Part shown: positions 1 to 10,026 of the stretch, one piece after another | How the letters are laid out: each line of letters starts with the position of its first letter | Numbering within the stretch: the stretch's first letter is position 1 | From: Candidatus Anstonellaceae archaeon | GTDB taxonomy: Archaea > Micrarchaeota > Micrarchaeia > Anstonellales > Anstonellaceae | Length of the DNA: 64,000 nucleotides | Direction: 5' to 3' | Assembly: GCA_038891055.1 (NCBI GenBank) | Contig: JAWAEU010000005.1 | Location: forward strand, 19,330-83,329 | Notes under the pieces: model-generated | What the model was told of the DNA's origin: nothing | Databases searched by the model: none | Seen by the model: the letters and a program-made list of their open reading frames with translations, nothing else | Position numbers and translations under genes: made by a program

Positions 1-156
1 ATAGCAATCCCAGTTTATCTATTTATAAACTCTGCTTTGGTAGCTTTTGCTGTTTGTAATTTTCAAAACTCTAAACAAAAATTTGTATTCTATTTTATCT
101 TAATAGCAGCTATCTCAGAAATAATTTGGTTTTTGTTGCCTTCTCTTAGTTTATAA
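1..156 (+). CDS. 3' end of a membrane protein (truncated by window edge)
   Basis: Frame 1 is open from base 1 to TAA at 154-156 and encodes two hydrophobic stretches (IAIPVYLFINSALVAFAVC; FVFYFILIAAISEIIWFLL). Confidence 0.6.
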   Translation: MAIPVYLFINSALVAFAVCNFQNSKQKFVFYFILIAAISEIIWFLLPSLSL

Positions 157-204
157 ATTTTGACTAATCTATAATTTTAAATTTTTATTTTTTTATATAT
201 CTAT

Positions 205-1335
205 ATGGAACAAGTTAGCAAGAATATAAAAAACTTAGTAAGTAATTTTAGTTTTCCCACAATATCTGTTTTAGGTTCTCATTCTGCATTAGATGTTTGC
301 CAAGGTGCAAAACAATATGGATTAAAAAACATAGTTATATGTCAAAAGGGAAGAGAAAAAGTTTATACCACTCATTACAAATCCAAAAAATCCATTTTTG
401 GAGATTTAGGTTGTGTAGATAAAACAATAATCCTGGATTCTTTTAAACAAATAATAGAAAAGAAGGTAATCGATGAGTTAGTTGATCAACAATCTATTTT
501 TGTACCAAATCGTTCTTTCTCAGTCTATGTAGGTTATGACAACATAGAAAAAAATTTCCCAATTCCAATATTCGGAAATAGGTACTTGCTAAGAGCAGAA
601 GAAAGAAATGTGCCTTATAATCAGCAATTTTTATTAAAAAAAGCAAATATACCAATTCCTAAAGTTTATTCAACCCCAGAGGAAATAGATAGCTTAGTAA
701 TAGTTAAAGTTTTAGAAGAAAAAAGGCCCTATGAAAGAGCTTTTTTCTTTGCTTCTAGTGCTAAAGAATATCATGAAAAATCTAATAAATTAATCGAGCA
801 AAAAATAATCTCGAAGAAAAATCTTGAAAATGCATTAATAGAAGAATTTGTTATAGGTGCTCAATTTAACTTTAATTTTTTTTATTCTCCTCTAGAAAAT
901 AGGTTAGAATTGTTAGGGATAGACACAAGAAGGCAAACAAATTTAGATGGTTTGTTGAGATTACCTTATTTGCAGCAGAAGGATCTAAATCTTAGAGTTA
1001 CAACCATAGAGGTAGGTCATATTAGTTGTACAATAAGGGAATCTCTATTAGAGCAAGTTTTTGATTTAGGAGAAAAATTTATTAAAACCACAAAAGAATA
1101 TTATCCAGATGGTATTATTGGACCATTTGCTTTGCAAGGAGCAGTAGTAGAACAGGATGGGTCAGAGAAAATTTATATTTTTGATGTTTCCTTTAGAATA
1201 CCCGGTTCCCCTGGTACTGCTTACACCCCATACACAAAATATCTTTTTGGTCAAAATCTTTCAGTAGGACAAAGAATAGCATTGGAAATAAAAAAGGCAG
1301 CTAAAAATGATGAATTAGAAAAAATAGTAACCTGA
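205..1335 (+). CDS. PurP-like ATP-grasp protein (FAICAR synthetase family)
   Basis: GSHSALD N-terminal motif, FVPNRSF, ELLGIDTRRQTN, GPFALQ, DVSFRIPG. Confidence 0.85.
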   Translation: MEQVSKNIKNLVSNFSFPTISVLGSHSALDVCQGAKQYGLKNIVICQKGREKVYTTHYKSKKSIFGDLGCVDKTIILDSFKQIIEKKVIDELVDQQSIFVPNRSFSVYVGYDNIEKNFPIPIFGNRYLLRAEERNVPYNQQFLLKKANIPIPKVYSTPEEIDSLVIVKVLEEKRPYERAFFFASSAKEYHEKSNKLIEQKIISKKNLENALIEEFVIGAQFNFNFFYSPLENRLELLGIDTRRQTNLDGLLRLPYLQQKDLNLRVTTIEVGHISCTIRESLLEQVFDLGEKFIKTTKEYYPDGIIGPFALQGAVVEQDGSEKIYIFDVSFRIPGSPGTAYTPYTKYLFGQNLSVGQRIALEIKKAAKNDELEKIVT

Positions 1336-1336
1336 G

Positions 1337-2398
1337 GTGTTTATTGTGGTAATTTCAAAAAACCAGATTAAAGAAATTTTGTCATCCTATGATAAAGAAA
1401 AAATAAAGATTGCTACAGTTTGCTCCCATTCTTCGCTTCAGATTTTTAAAGGAGCTAGAGAAGAAGGGTTTAAAACTATTGGGCTTTTAACAAATAAAGA
1501 TTTTAGGGAGGTCTATCGTGCTTTTCCCCACGGATCTCCTGATGAATTTTTAGAAGATTTTAAATTTAGTAAATCTACAATAAATGAGTTAGTGGAAGAA
1601 AATGTGGTTTTAGTTCCTTCTGGTTCATTAGTAGAATATTTTGGAGATAAAATAATGGATCTTTCTCTGCCTATTTTAGGAAATAGAATGTCTTTAATAT
1701 ATGAAAAAAATCGTCTCAAGATGTACGAATGGCTAAAAAAAGCAGGTTTAAACGTTCCATTAATTTTAGAGCCTTCTAAAATAGATCGGCCTTGCGTGGT
1801 GAAACATAGCGGGGCAAAGGGTGGGAGAGGATATTCTATAGTTCATTCTCCAGAAGAATATTATCAAAAATATGGGGATAAGGAGGGCTTAATAGTGCAG
1901 GAATTCATTGTAGGTGTGAGACTCTATCCTCATTATTTTTATTCTCCACTATCTACCGATGGCTATCAAGTAGCAGAAGGACATCTAGAGCTAATGTCTG
2001 TTGACAGGAGGCTTGAATCAAATGTAGATGAGAGTTATAGAACAATGTTGGCAGGAGTGCCAATAAAAGCTTCTTTTACTGTTATAGGAAATGAACCTGT
2101 AATTTTAAGAGAGTCTTTACTTCCAGATATACTAAAAATGGGCAAAAGAGTTGTGGAAAGTGCTTATCAAATTTTTGGGCCTCTACCAGGACCATTTTGT
2201 TTAGAATTAATTTGTGACGAAAATTTAGAATTTTATGTATTCGAGGTTTCTGCAAGAATAGTTGCAGGTACAAACCTATTTCCAGAAGGTTCATTTTATA
2301 GCTGTTATAGTAAATATCACATGAGTAGTGGCAGAAGAATAGCAAGAGAAATAAAGGACGCAATAGCCTTAGATGCTTTAGATAAAATATTTTATTAG
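1337..2398 (+). CDS. purP: Formate-dependent AICAR ligase (FAICAR synthetase) PurP
   Basis: ATVCSHSSLQI, GAKGGRGY P-loop, DRRLESNVD, FEVSARIVAGTN. Confidence 0.88.
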   Translation: MFIVVISKNQIKEILSSYDKEKIKIATVCSHSSLQIFKGAREEGFKTIGLLTNKDFREVYRAFPHGSPDEFLEDFKFSKSTINELVEENVVLVPSGSLVEYFGDKIMDLSLPILGNRMSLIYEKNRLKMYEWLKKAGLNVPLILEPSKIDRPCVVKHSGAKGGRGYSIVHSPEEYYQKYGDKEGLIVQEFIVGVRLYPHYFYSPLSTDGYQVAEGHLELMSVDRRLESNVDESYRTMLAGVPIKASFTVIGNEPVILRESLLPDILKMGKRVVESAYQIFGPLPGPFCLELICDENLEFYVFEVSARIVAGTNLFPEGSFYSCYSKYHMSSGRRIAREIKDAIALDALDKIFY

Positions 2399-2423
2399 TT
2401 TTGCTAAATTTAGGTGTATAAAA

Positions 2424-3194
2424 TTGGATTTGTTGCAAGCTTTTATTTTGGGCACAATACAAGGATTTAGTGAATGGTTGCCTATTTCTTCTTCTGCTCA
2501 CTTAGTTTTATTTCAAAATTTTTTTGATCTTAAAGCTTCAGCAGAGTTTGATATTATTATAATGTTAGGTACTACTTTTGCTCTAATTTTATATTTTAGA
2601 AAAAAGCTATTATCCTTATTTTTAGATCTTTTAGCATTCAAAAAAGAAGCAATAGAATACTTATTTTTTTTAGTTATAGCCGGACTTTTTACAGCTTTCA
2701 TAGGTTTTCCTCTTAAAAATTTTTTCAAATCTTTTTTTTATTTGCCCCAAATCGTTTGTTTGCTCTTGATTTTAAATGGTATTTTGATTTTTCTTGCTTC
2801 AAAAACAAAGGAAAGTACTAATAGAATAAATAAAAAAATAGCAATTTTGGTAGGCATAGCGCAAGCCTTTTCTTTGTTTCCAGGCATCTCTCGATCAGGT
2901 TCTACAATTTCTGTTGCACTATTAAGCGGGCTAAATAGACTAAAGGCGGCAGAATTCTCTTTTTTATTAGGTATTCCATCTATGTTAATAGCAAGTTTAG
3001 TAGAATTAAATAGCGCAATTTGGTTTTCTATGGACTTATCAATTTTGTTAGCTGGTATTAGCGGAGCTTTTTTAGCTGGTTATCTAAGCATCCATTTCTT
3101 TTTTAAAATTTTAAAAGAAGGAAATTTGGTATATTTTGCTTATTATTCTATTCTTATTGGTTCAATCTTTTTTGTTTATTTTATCTCGTTATGA
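2424..3194 (+). CDS. uppP: Undecaprenyl-diphosphate phosphatase (BacA family)
   Basis: QGFSEWLPISSSAHL and PGISRSGSTI motifs; multi-TM; TTG start after AGGTG. Confidence 0.92.
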   Translation: MDLLQAFILGTIQGFSEWLPISSSAHLVLFQNFFDLKASAEFDIIIMLGTTFALILYFRKKLLSLFLDLLAFKKEAIEYLFFLVIAGLFTAFIGFPLKNFFKSFFYLPQIVCLLLILNGILIFLASKTKESTNRINKKIAILVGIAQAFSLFPGISRSGSTISVALLSGLNRLKAAEFSFLLGIPSMLIASLVELNSAIWFSMDLSILLAGISGAFLAGYLSIHFFFKILKEGNLVYFAYYSILIGSIFFVYFISL

Positions 3195-3204
3195 TGATCT
3201 CACT

Positions 3205-4125
3205 CTAAATAAAAAAGATATCTAATATTATGTTATTGTTTTGTATTCCTAAAAGTATCTTCTGATTTGGGCCATTTATAGTTGGATAGCAGCCCATTTC
3301 CATTTTTAGTTTATAACTACCTTCTTTACCATCATTTATTATTATCTGATCATAAAAATCTAAATTAGAAAATAATTTTAGTTGAATGTTTAAAGACAAA
3401 TTATTTGCACTCAACAGAAGTATTTTTTTATCTCCCACTTCTTTTTTGTTCAAAATAGCCGCGTCTGCACATATTCTATACTCTATTTTTGTTTTATTTT
3501 CTGGAACATAAAATTCTAAAAAATTTGTTTTTTTATTTTTTGTTTTTTCAAAATAGTTTTCTCCCCATTGGGAAATTAAAATGTTTTGTTTTGTTCTTTT
3601 GGCATACTTTTGAAGTCTTTTATAATCATACTTAGTAAAAAACTTCTTTGAATTAAAATAAATATTTTCTCCGTCTAATAAATATGCCATGTTGTTATAT
3701 CTCTCTTCATTTTTTTGTTCAATACAAAAAAGTAAATGTGTTGTAGTTCCTTTATTTTTCTTTATAGTAGCATTTAATTTTTTACAAACTTCTAAAACTT
3801 TTTTTTCTGTAATACTATAATTATATCTCAAAGCATTTTCTGAAAATAAAAAAATATTCTCTTTTATATTAGCCTGTTTTTGTATTTTTTGCTCACAACT
3901 CTCAAAATAAATTTGCATTATCTCTTTTATGTTTTTAAAGGTACCATTTTTTAAATTAGGACAAATAACCGCTAGATGGCTTTTATTCAAATCTATTTTT
4001 TCTATTTTATTAAATTTTTTTTCTATCTCCCCAGATTTTAAAAATCTAAAAAATTTTTGTTTAATTATATCTTCTATTTCAAATTGAACCTTATATCTTT
4101 TTGTATTCAAATATTTAGTTTTCAT
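3205..4125 (-). CDS. Divergent carbon-nitrogen hydrolase (nitrilase superfamily)-like protein
   Basis: Triad-like motifs in the correct order: FLFSE, NMAYLL...SKK, RICAD. Confidence 0.55.
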   Translation of the reverse strand: MKTKYLNTKRYKVQFEIEDIIKQKFFRFLKSGEIEKKFNKIEKIDLNKSHLAVICPNLKNGTFKNIKEIMQIYFESCEQKIQKQANIKENIFLFSENALRYNYSITEKKVLEVCKKLNATIKKNKGTTTHLLFCIEQKNEERYNNMAYLLDGENIYFNSKKFFTKYDYKRLQKYAKRTKQNILISQWGENYFEKTKNKKTNFLEFYVPENKTKIEYRICADAAILNKKEVGDKKILLLSANNLSLNIQLKLFSNLDFYDQIIINDGKEGSYKLKMEMGCYPTINGPNQKILLGIQNNNIILDIFFI

Positions 4126-4177
4126 ATAGATGTTTTTTATTTATAAACTACTTTTTAATTTTAACCTATTTTTATTT

Positions 4178-5362
4178 TTATATTATTTGAAGTTGTTTGG
4201 CAATTTTTTCAATTTTTTCTAAAGCAAAGTCTATATCTGACTTTTTAAAATCTGCTCTAATTTGGGTTCTTATTCTCGCTTTTCCTTGTGCAACCATGGG
4301 ATATACTATTGGAAGAGCAAAAACTCCTTCCTCGAATAATTTTTGTGAAAATTCTTTTGCCTTTTTAGAGTCTCCAATCATTATAGGAACTATCGGAGTT
4401 TGAGAATTGCCAATATCCAAACCCAATTTTTTTATTTTTTTCTTAAAGTAATTGGTATTTTTCCACAATTTTCTAACCAACCTGTCATCTTGGTCCAATA
4501 GTTCTAATGCAGCAATACAACTTGCTACTGTTGCAGGTGGGGCAGAGCCAGACAGCAAATAAGTCCTTGCTTTATTGTGCAAATATTCTTTTAGAACTTT
4601 AGAACCGGCAACATATCCTCCAACAACTCCAAAAGCTTTTGAAAATGTGCCCATTTCCACCTCTATTTTCCCATCTAAATGAAAATGGCTCGTTATACCT
4701 CTCCCATGGTCTCCTAAAACTCCATCTCCATGAGCATCATCAACCCAAATATATGCTTCGTATTGGTTTGCAAGCTCATAAATTTTATCTAATGGGGCTA
4801 TGTCCCCATCCATAGAAAAGACACCATCGGTAATTATCCAAATTTTTTCAAATCTACTTTTGGCTTCTTTTAATTTATTTTCCAAATCTTGCATGTCGCA
4901 ATGTTTATAAATAAATTTTTCTACTTTTGCTAATCTAATTCCATCTATAATTGATCCGTGATTTAATTCATCTGAGATTACTGCACTATTTTGATCTAAT
5001 AGTTGAGGTATTCCACCTGCATTTGCAGCAAAACCTGTTTGAAAATAAATTGCATCCTCTGTTCTTTTGAACTTAGCAATAGTTTCTTCCAATTTTATAT
5101 GAAGTTCCATCGTCCCAGAAATAGCTCTTACTGATCCAGATCCAGCACCATATTTTTTTATCGCCTCAATCGCAGCTTTTTTTAATTTAGGATGGTTAGA
5201 TAAGCCTAAATAATTGTTTGTACTTAGCATCAAAACTTTTTTTCCATTTACTACAGAATATGGAAGAGAAGGGCCCTCTAATTTATTTACTTTCCACTCA
5301 AGCCCGTTTGCTTTTAATTCTTCAATGATTGGTTTTAAAACACTATCCAGCGGTTTTTTCAT
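4178..5362 (-). CDS. kbl: Glycine C-acetyltransferase / 8-amino-7-oxononanoate synthase family PLP enzyme
   Basis: NNYLGL, SDELNHGSIIDG, DGVFSMDG, VDDAHG, GTFSKAFG. Confidence 0.85.
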   Translation of the reverse strand: MKKPLDSVLKPIIEELKANGLEWKVNKLEGPSLPYSVVNGKKVLMLSTNNYLGLSNHPKLKKAAIEAIKKYGAGSGSVRAISGTMELHIKLEETIAKFKRTEDAIYFQTGFAANAGGIPQLLDQNSAVISDELNHGSIIDGIRLAKVEKFIYKHCDMQDLENKLKEAKSRFEKIWIITDGVFSMDGDIAPLDKIYELANQYEAYIWVDDAHGDGVLGDHGRGITSHFHLDGKIEVEMGTFSKAFGVVGGYVAGSKVLKEYLHNKARTYLLSGSAPPATVASCIAALELLDQDDRLVRKLWKNTNYFKKKIKKLGLDIGNSQTPIVPIMIGDSKKAKEFSQKLFEEGVFALPIVYPMVAQGKARIRTQIRADFKKSDIDFALEKIEKIAKQLQII

Positions 5363-5441
5363 CTATCTCACCATTTTTCCTTTTGACATTAAATTTTTTA
5401 TTTTTATTCATTCATTTTTATTTTTGTCTAAAACTACTAAG

Positions 5442-6224
5442 ATGATTAAAATGAAACATATTTTAAATTATTGCACTTCAGAAGATGTACCCTATTTAGT
5501 AGTAAAAGAAGGCAACGAAATTTTTTCATTCCCTTTAAGGGGAAAACTGGTTTTAAATTTTTCCCCAGAGGTTCTTTGTACTGGCTATAAAGATGATAAA
5601 GAAATTTTTAGACCCTGTCCACTTGGCCAGTTGCATGTAAGCAAATGTCCTACTTGTAAAAGACTTGATATAGCAAATGTTTATACTATCGGAGATTTCA
5701 CTTATTATCCACATCTAAAAGAGACACTCTCAAAAGAAAAATATGTATTATATTTAGCTCAATTTGGAGAAGATATTACCAAGGTAGGCTTAAGCAGACG
5801 TTCTAGATATCTCAAGAGGTGGAGAGAGCAAGGGGCCGATTTTGCAACTATTATAGCAGAATTCGAAGGCCCAGACATGGTTTATGAGTTTGAAAGTTAT
5901 TTACAGCAAAGATATAATTTTAGCAATTCAGTTAGATCTTCGCAAAAGCTAACTAGATTAAACTTTGATAAAGAAAAAGCTTATGAAAAAATAAAAAAAT
6001 CAAAAGAATTATTGTTCAATGATTTTTCTATAAAAAATTTTTTAGTTGACGAGGAAATTTATGATCTAACTTTCTCTTATCCAAAAGTTTTCAACCCCAA
6101 AATCTCAAACTCTATAGAAGGTGAGGCATTAGGCTCAAAAGGCCAGTGGTTTTTTTTCAAAGATAGAGAGAATTTTTATGCACTTAATCTCTCTAAAGTG
6201 CTTGGGCATTTTCTTTTAGATTAA
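5442..6224 (+). CDS. DUF2797-like protein (Zn-binding Cys cluster)
   Basis: CTG...CP...CPTC, then YLA...KVG...RWREQGA; start moved to ATG 5442 (or 5451) to avoid overlap with kbl. Confidence 0.7.
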   Translation: MIKMKHILNYCTSEDVPYLVVKEGNEIFSFPLRGKLVLNFSPEVLCTGYKDDKEIFRPCPLGQLHVSKCPTCKRLDIANVYTIGDFTYYPHLKETLSKEKYVLYLAQFGEDITKVGLSRRSRYLKRWREQGADFATIIAEFEGPDMVYEFESYLQQRYNFSNSVRSSQKLTRLNFDKEKAYEKIKKSKELLFNDFSIKNFLVDEEIYDLTFSYPKVFNPKISNSIEGEALGSKGQWFFFKDRENFYALNLSKVLGHFLLD

Positions 6225-6261
6225 ATCAGCAACCTCTAATTTTAATTTTTTAATACTCTTG

Positions 6262-6786
6262 CTATTCCCATTCCTCTTCTTTGATATTTTGCCTAAAATT
6301 CTCCAATCTTGCTAAAGCAAAGAAATAACTAGATAATCTATTGAGGTATTTTATGATTGGTCCAAGTTTAGGATTTTTTAACTTCACGATTTCTCTCTCT
6401 GCTCTTCTGCAAACAGTTCTACAAACATGTAAATAGGCTGATTCAATGCTTCCACCAGGATAAATAAACCTATTTAGAACTGGAAGTTTTTCATCTATTT
6501 GATCAATTTTATGTTCTAGCTCAAGAGTATAATTTTCAAATTTTTTTATCTCTGCACTTTTCTCTTCCACATCCCCACAGCTTATAATAGCACCAATTTC
6601 AAAGAGTTTTTTTTGGATTTCTTTCAATTCCTCTTTTTCTTTGCAATAGACTTTAGCAATAGCTATAAAAGAAGAGAGTTCATCTATAGTACCTACGGCC
6701 CAAAAAATATCTTCATTTTTTAATATCCTCTTTCCACCAATATTACTATATCCATCATCTCCATTTTTTGTATATGTTTTAGACAT
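6262..6786 (-). CDS. Cob(I)alamin adenosyltransferase, PduO type
   Basis: YTKNGDDG, GTIDELSSFI, FIYPGG, RTVCRRAER, YLNRLS. Confidence 0.9.
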   Translation of the reverse strand: MSKTYTKNGDDGYSNIGGKRILKNEDIFWAVGTIDELSSFIAIAKVYCKEKEELKEIQKKLFEIGAIISCGDVEEKSAEIKKFENYTLELEHKIDQIDEKLPVLNRFIYPGGSIESAYLHVCRTVCRRAEREIVKLKNPKLGPIIKYLNRLSSYFFALARLENFRQNIKEEEWE

Positions 6787-6837
6787 ATATAAAACAAAAA
6801 TTGGAAGATTTATATTTTTAACTTTAATTAATCTTAT

Positions 6838-7716
6838 ATGGATATTTTGGAAAAAATGGAAACAAAGTTGTCTTTCTTATTTTTTTCTTCTCAAATGATT
6901 GCATTTTTATACTTTCTCTCTCTTTCTTTTCTTTCAATTGCAAATAGGGATTTTTTTGAAAATTTTTCCCTTCCACCTTTAAGTGAAGATTTATTTTCGG
7001 TTGTTTTATTGTTTTTGTATATTGTTTTTGTTGCACTAATAAATATCTTCTTTTTAAAATTTTTTCGCTCTTTTATCCTTTTAAAAATTTTTGAATTCTT
7101 CGCTTTATTTTTCTCGTTATCTTTATTTTTTTTACCTTTTTTGTTTGTATTTATAAAAGATCCACTAACTACTTTTATTATCTCTCTGCTTGTGGGTCTA
7201 TTGCTCACTTTTCTAAAAAATTATTTTTTAGAGCTTAATAACCCATTGGTAGTAATATCTTCAGCAACTATAGGCGTACTTGTAGGACTTTCTTTTAGTT
7301 TTACTTCAGTTTTAATTTTTGCAATTTTGCTTTCTTTATATGATTTCTTTGCTGTTTTTAAAACAAGACACATGTTAACTTTGGCAAAAGCAATAGCTAA
7401 CCAGAAATTGGCATTTGCAATTGCATCTGATATTGGAACAAAGATAAAAACATCTAAAAAAGATAGTGAAATAAAAAAACCCTCGATAATGCTTGGAAGC
7501 GGAGATATTTTGTTGGTTTCTTTGTTTATCCCCTCTACATTTATAGAATTTGGACTTATTCCAACTATTTCTCTTATACTATTTTCTTCAATAGGTACCT
7601 ACATTCTTTTGGTTTTCACTATAAAAAATAAAATAGCTCTTCCCGCACTTCCATTTATTTGTTTCAGTTCAATGTTTGGGCTTGCAATTAGTCTAATATT
7701 AAAATTTTTATTTTAA
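6838..7716 (+). CDS. Presenilin/SPP-family intramembrane aspartyl protease
   Basis: Multi-TM with YD, LGSGD and PALP motifs. Confidence 0.88.
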   Translation: MDILEKMETKLSFLFFSSQMIAFLYFLSLSFLSIANRDFFENFSLPPLSEDLFSVVLLFLYIVFVALINIFFLKFFRSFILLKIFEFFALFFSLSLFFLPFLFVFIKDPLTTFIISLLVGLLLTFLKNYFLELNNPLVVISSATIGVLVGLSFSFTSVLIFAILLSLYDFFAVFKTRHMLTLAKAIANQKLAFAIASDIGTKIKTSKKDSEIKKPSIMLGSGDILLVSLFIPSTFIEFGLIPTISLILFSSIGTYILLVFTIKNKIALPALPFICFSSMFGLAISLILKFLF

Positions 7717-7728
7717 GAGTGAAACATA

Positions 7729-8100
7729 ATGTTTAAGCTATCTAAAAATTTTTTATATGCTGTGGTAGGCGCAAGCACTAATAAACAAAAATATGGCTAT
7801 GCAGTATTAAGAAATTTAAAGGACAGGGGATTTAGTGTAGTTGGAATAAATCCAAAATATTCTAAAATAGATGAAATTGATTGTTTTCCTTCTCTCGAGG
7901 AGTGTCCAAAAAAAATTGATGTAGTGGTTTTTGTAGTTCAGCCGCAAATAACTCTAAGTATTTTAGAGCAGTGCTTAAAATTACAAATAAAAAAAGTTTG
8001 GTTTCAACCAGGTTCTGCTTCTACCTCAGTCATAGAGTTCTGTAAAAAAAACTCAATAGATTTTGTAGCTGATGCTTGTATAATGAAGTCTTCCAAATAA
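7729..8100 (+). CDS. CoA-binding protein (YccU-like)
   Basis: AVVGASTNKQKYG, INP, VWFQPG. Confidence 0.88.
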   Translation: MFKLSKNFLYAVVGASTNKQKYGYAVLRNLKDRGFSVVGINPKYSKIDEIDCFPSLEECPKKIDVVVFVVQPQITLSILEQCLKLQIKKVWFQPGSASTSVIEFCKKNSIDFVADACIMKSSK

Positions 8101-8138
8101 TTTTTTTTTGTAAAAAATAAAAAAATAAAAAAAGGTTT

Positions 8139-8462
8139 TTAGCCAAATAAAGAGGATAGCCCTTCTGCTGCAGCAGCTTCTTTTTTACTCTCATCCTCTT
8201 CTGACTTTTTCTCCTCTTTCTTTTCTTGTTTTTGTTCAGCTCCTGCTGCCTGACTAGCTACAACTGCAACTGGAGTGGAGGCATTTTTTATTACTTCTTC
8301 AAAATTTACATCTTTTAGTGCTTCGCTCAAAACTTTTATTTTAGCACTATCTGGCTCTACTCCAGCTGCCTTTATTACAGCTGTCAGATTTGCTTCGTTT
8401 ATCTCTTTTTCAGCTCCTCTAAGCAATAGAGCTGCATGCAAGTATGGGTCTATTTTTGTCAT
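8139..8462 (-). CDS. rpl12: 50S ribosomal stalk protein P1/L12
   Basis: YLHAALLL N-terminus, acidic hinge, GLSSLFG C-terminus. Confidence 0.95.
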   Translation of the reverse strand: MTKIDPYLHAALLLRGAEKEINEANLTAVIKAAGVEPDSAKIKVLSEALKDVNFEEVIKNASTPVAVVASQAAGAEQKQEKKEEKKSEEDESKKEAAAAEGLSSLFG

Positions 8463-8503
8463 TTTAATCCCTCCATAAATTCAAAATATTAATATACAAT
8501 TAT

Positions 8504-9367
8504 TTATTGCTTAGTATTTAATATCTTATCTATTTCATATGCTTGTCTAAGCGTGGTTTCCAAGCTTTGTTTTATGGTAGTTGAAGAGTATACATTAGAG
8601 GATTTTGCAAGTTCTATTGCTTGTCTATATCCAATTGTCAATAATTGATCTATATTTGATGTTGTTGGATAAAATATATTGACTGCCAAGTTTGAAGCTA
8701 TATTATAGCTATATGCTATTTCTTCTTTTATTTTTTGAGGTTCTATTTCTAAAACTTCAGGACCATAATTTACTCCCTCAAATATCCCTTCTTTTATTTT
8801 TATAAATACTTCAAAGGGAGCGATGTTTAGTTTTTGGAGAGCTTTTGCAATTTGTTCCTTTATAATTTCTCCTTTTTTTACTACTACTACATCCTTTTGT
8901 ATAGCTATTTTTCCACCTTTTATTATAGCAGGGATGGAGGCATTTTTTAATTCTGTTAAGGCAGGTCCAGGTGGAAGGTCAGTTTCACCGGCCTTAACTT
9001 CTATATCTTGTTCAGCTATTTGGCCTGGTTTTGCAAAAACTTTTTGAGCACTATTTTTAAAAGTTTGATAAAGTTTGTATGGACTAAAAACATTAGAAAG
9101 GACTAATGCAGCAGGAAAATCTAATTTTATTTTGAACTTTTTATTATTCTTTTCTAAAGCTCTCTGAATAACTGCCTTTTTTGCAACTATTATTTTTATT
9201 TGGCCCCTTAACTCTTTTCTTGCTTTTTGTAATATTCTATCTGGTAAATTTTTTAGACTAACTAAACACACTGTTTTAGCATCTTGGATCTCTTTTGAAA
9301 TTTGTTCAACCAGTTTTTGTTTTTTTAGTCTTGACTTTGAAATTTTTTTAGTATTATTTTTGCTCAT
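8504..9367 (-). CDS. rpl10: 50S ribosomal protein L10/P0
   Basis: AKPGQIA...DIEVKAGETDLPPGP, GKIAI; located between L1 and P1. Confidence 0.93.
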   Translation of the reverse strand: MSKNNTKKISKSRLKKQKLVEQISKEIQDAKTVCLVSLKNLPDRILQKARKELRGQIKIIVAKKAVIQRALEKNNKKFKIKLDFPAALVLSNVFSPYKLYQTFKNSAQKVFAKPGQIAEQDIEVKAGETDLPPGPALTELKNASIPAIIKGGKIAIQKDVVVVKKGEIIKEQIAKALQKLNIAPFEVFIKIKEGIFEGVNYGPEVLEIEPQKIKEEIAYSYNIASNLAVNIFYPTTSNIDQLLTIGYRQAIELAKSSNVYSSTTIKQSLETTLRQAYEIDKILNTKQ

Positions 9368-10026
9368 TTCTTCTCACCTTTCTTTTCAAGAGCTATTTTT
9401 ATAGCTGGGCTCATAGTCAGTTTTACATATATAGAACTAATTAAATGTGCCCCTCCTATTTTTTCTTTTATTTTCTCGTATGCTGCTTCTAAATTTTCTG
9501 CCAAGTCCTCAGCGCTCATATTTTCAGTTCCTATCAAAAATTGGACTGTTGGTAAATATGCACCTTTGTTTGTAATCCTTATCTTATTTTTAGCTTGCTT
9601 TATAGCTAAATCTACAGGTCCAACTATTGGTCGTGGGAGTTTTCCTCTTGTACTTAGCACTTGCCCGAGGTTTTTACCAATCTCAACCATCATAGTAGGT
9701 AGAGCTAAAAATTCGTGTTTCTTGGCTAGTTGTTTAAGAGTTTTTTTATCGTTTTTTAATTTCTCTATGTCTTCTTTTGAAAAGATATGTTCTATCCCAA
9801 GCTTTTTTGCTTCTAGTGCTGTCTGTCCATCAGCAAAAATTACTATCGGGTTTTCTTTACCTCTTCCTTTCGGAAGAACTATATCGAGGTTTATTCTGTT
9901 TTCTGGTTTTGAAAAATTTACTCCTCTAAAATTTATTATTGCCTCTACACTTTGTAAAAATTTCCTTTTTCCCCTATATTCATCTAGCAATTTTTGGATA
10001 CTTTTAATAACTTCTTGTCTATCCAT
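9364..10026 (-). CDS. rpl1: 50S ribosomal protein L1
   Basis: KRKFLQSVE, LPKGRGK, LGQVLSTRGKLP, YVKLTMSP. Confidence 0.95.
   Translation of the reverse strand: MDRQEVIKSIQKLLDEYRGKRKFLQSVEAIINFRGVNFSKPENRINLDIVLPKGRGKENPIVIFADGQTALEAKKLGIEHIFSKEDIEKLKNDKKTLKQLAKKHEFLALPTMMVEIGKNLGQVLSTRGKLPRPIVGPVDLAIKQAKNKIRITNKGAYLPTVQFLIGTENMSAEDLAENLEAAYEKIKEKIGGAHLISSIYVKLTMSPAIKIALEKKGEKK

Noticed and set aside
5214..5441. N-terminal extension of the 5214..6224 ORF
   Set aside because: It overlaps kbl antisense; ATG 5442 or 5451 is the plausible start
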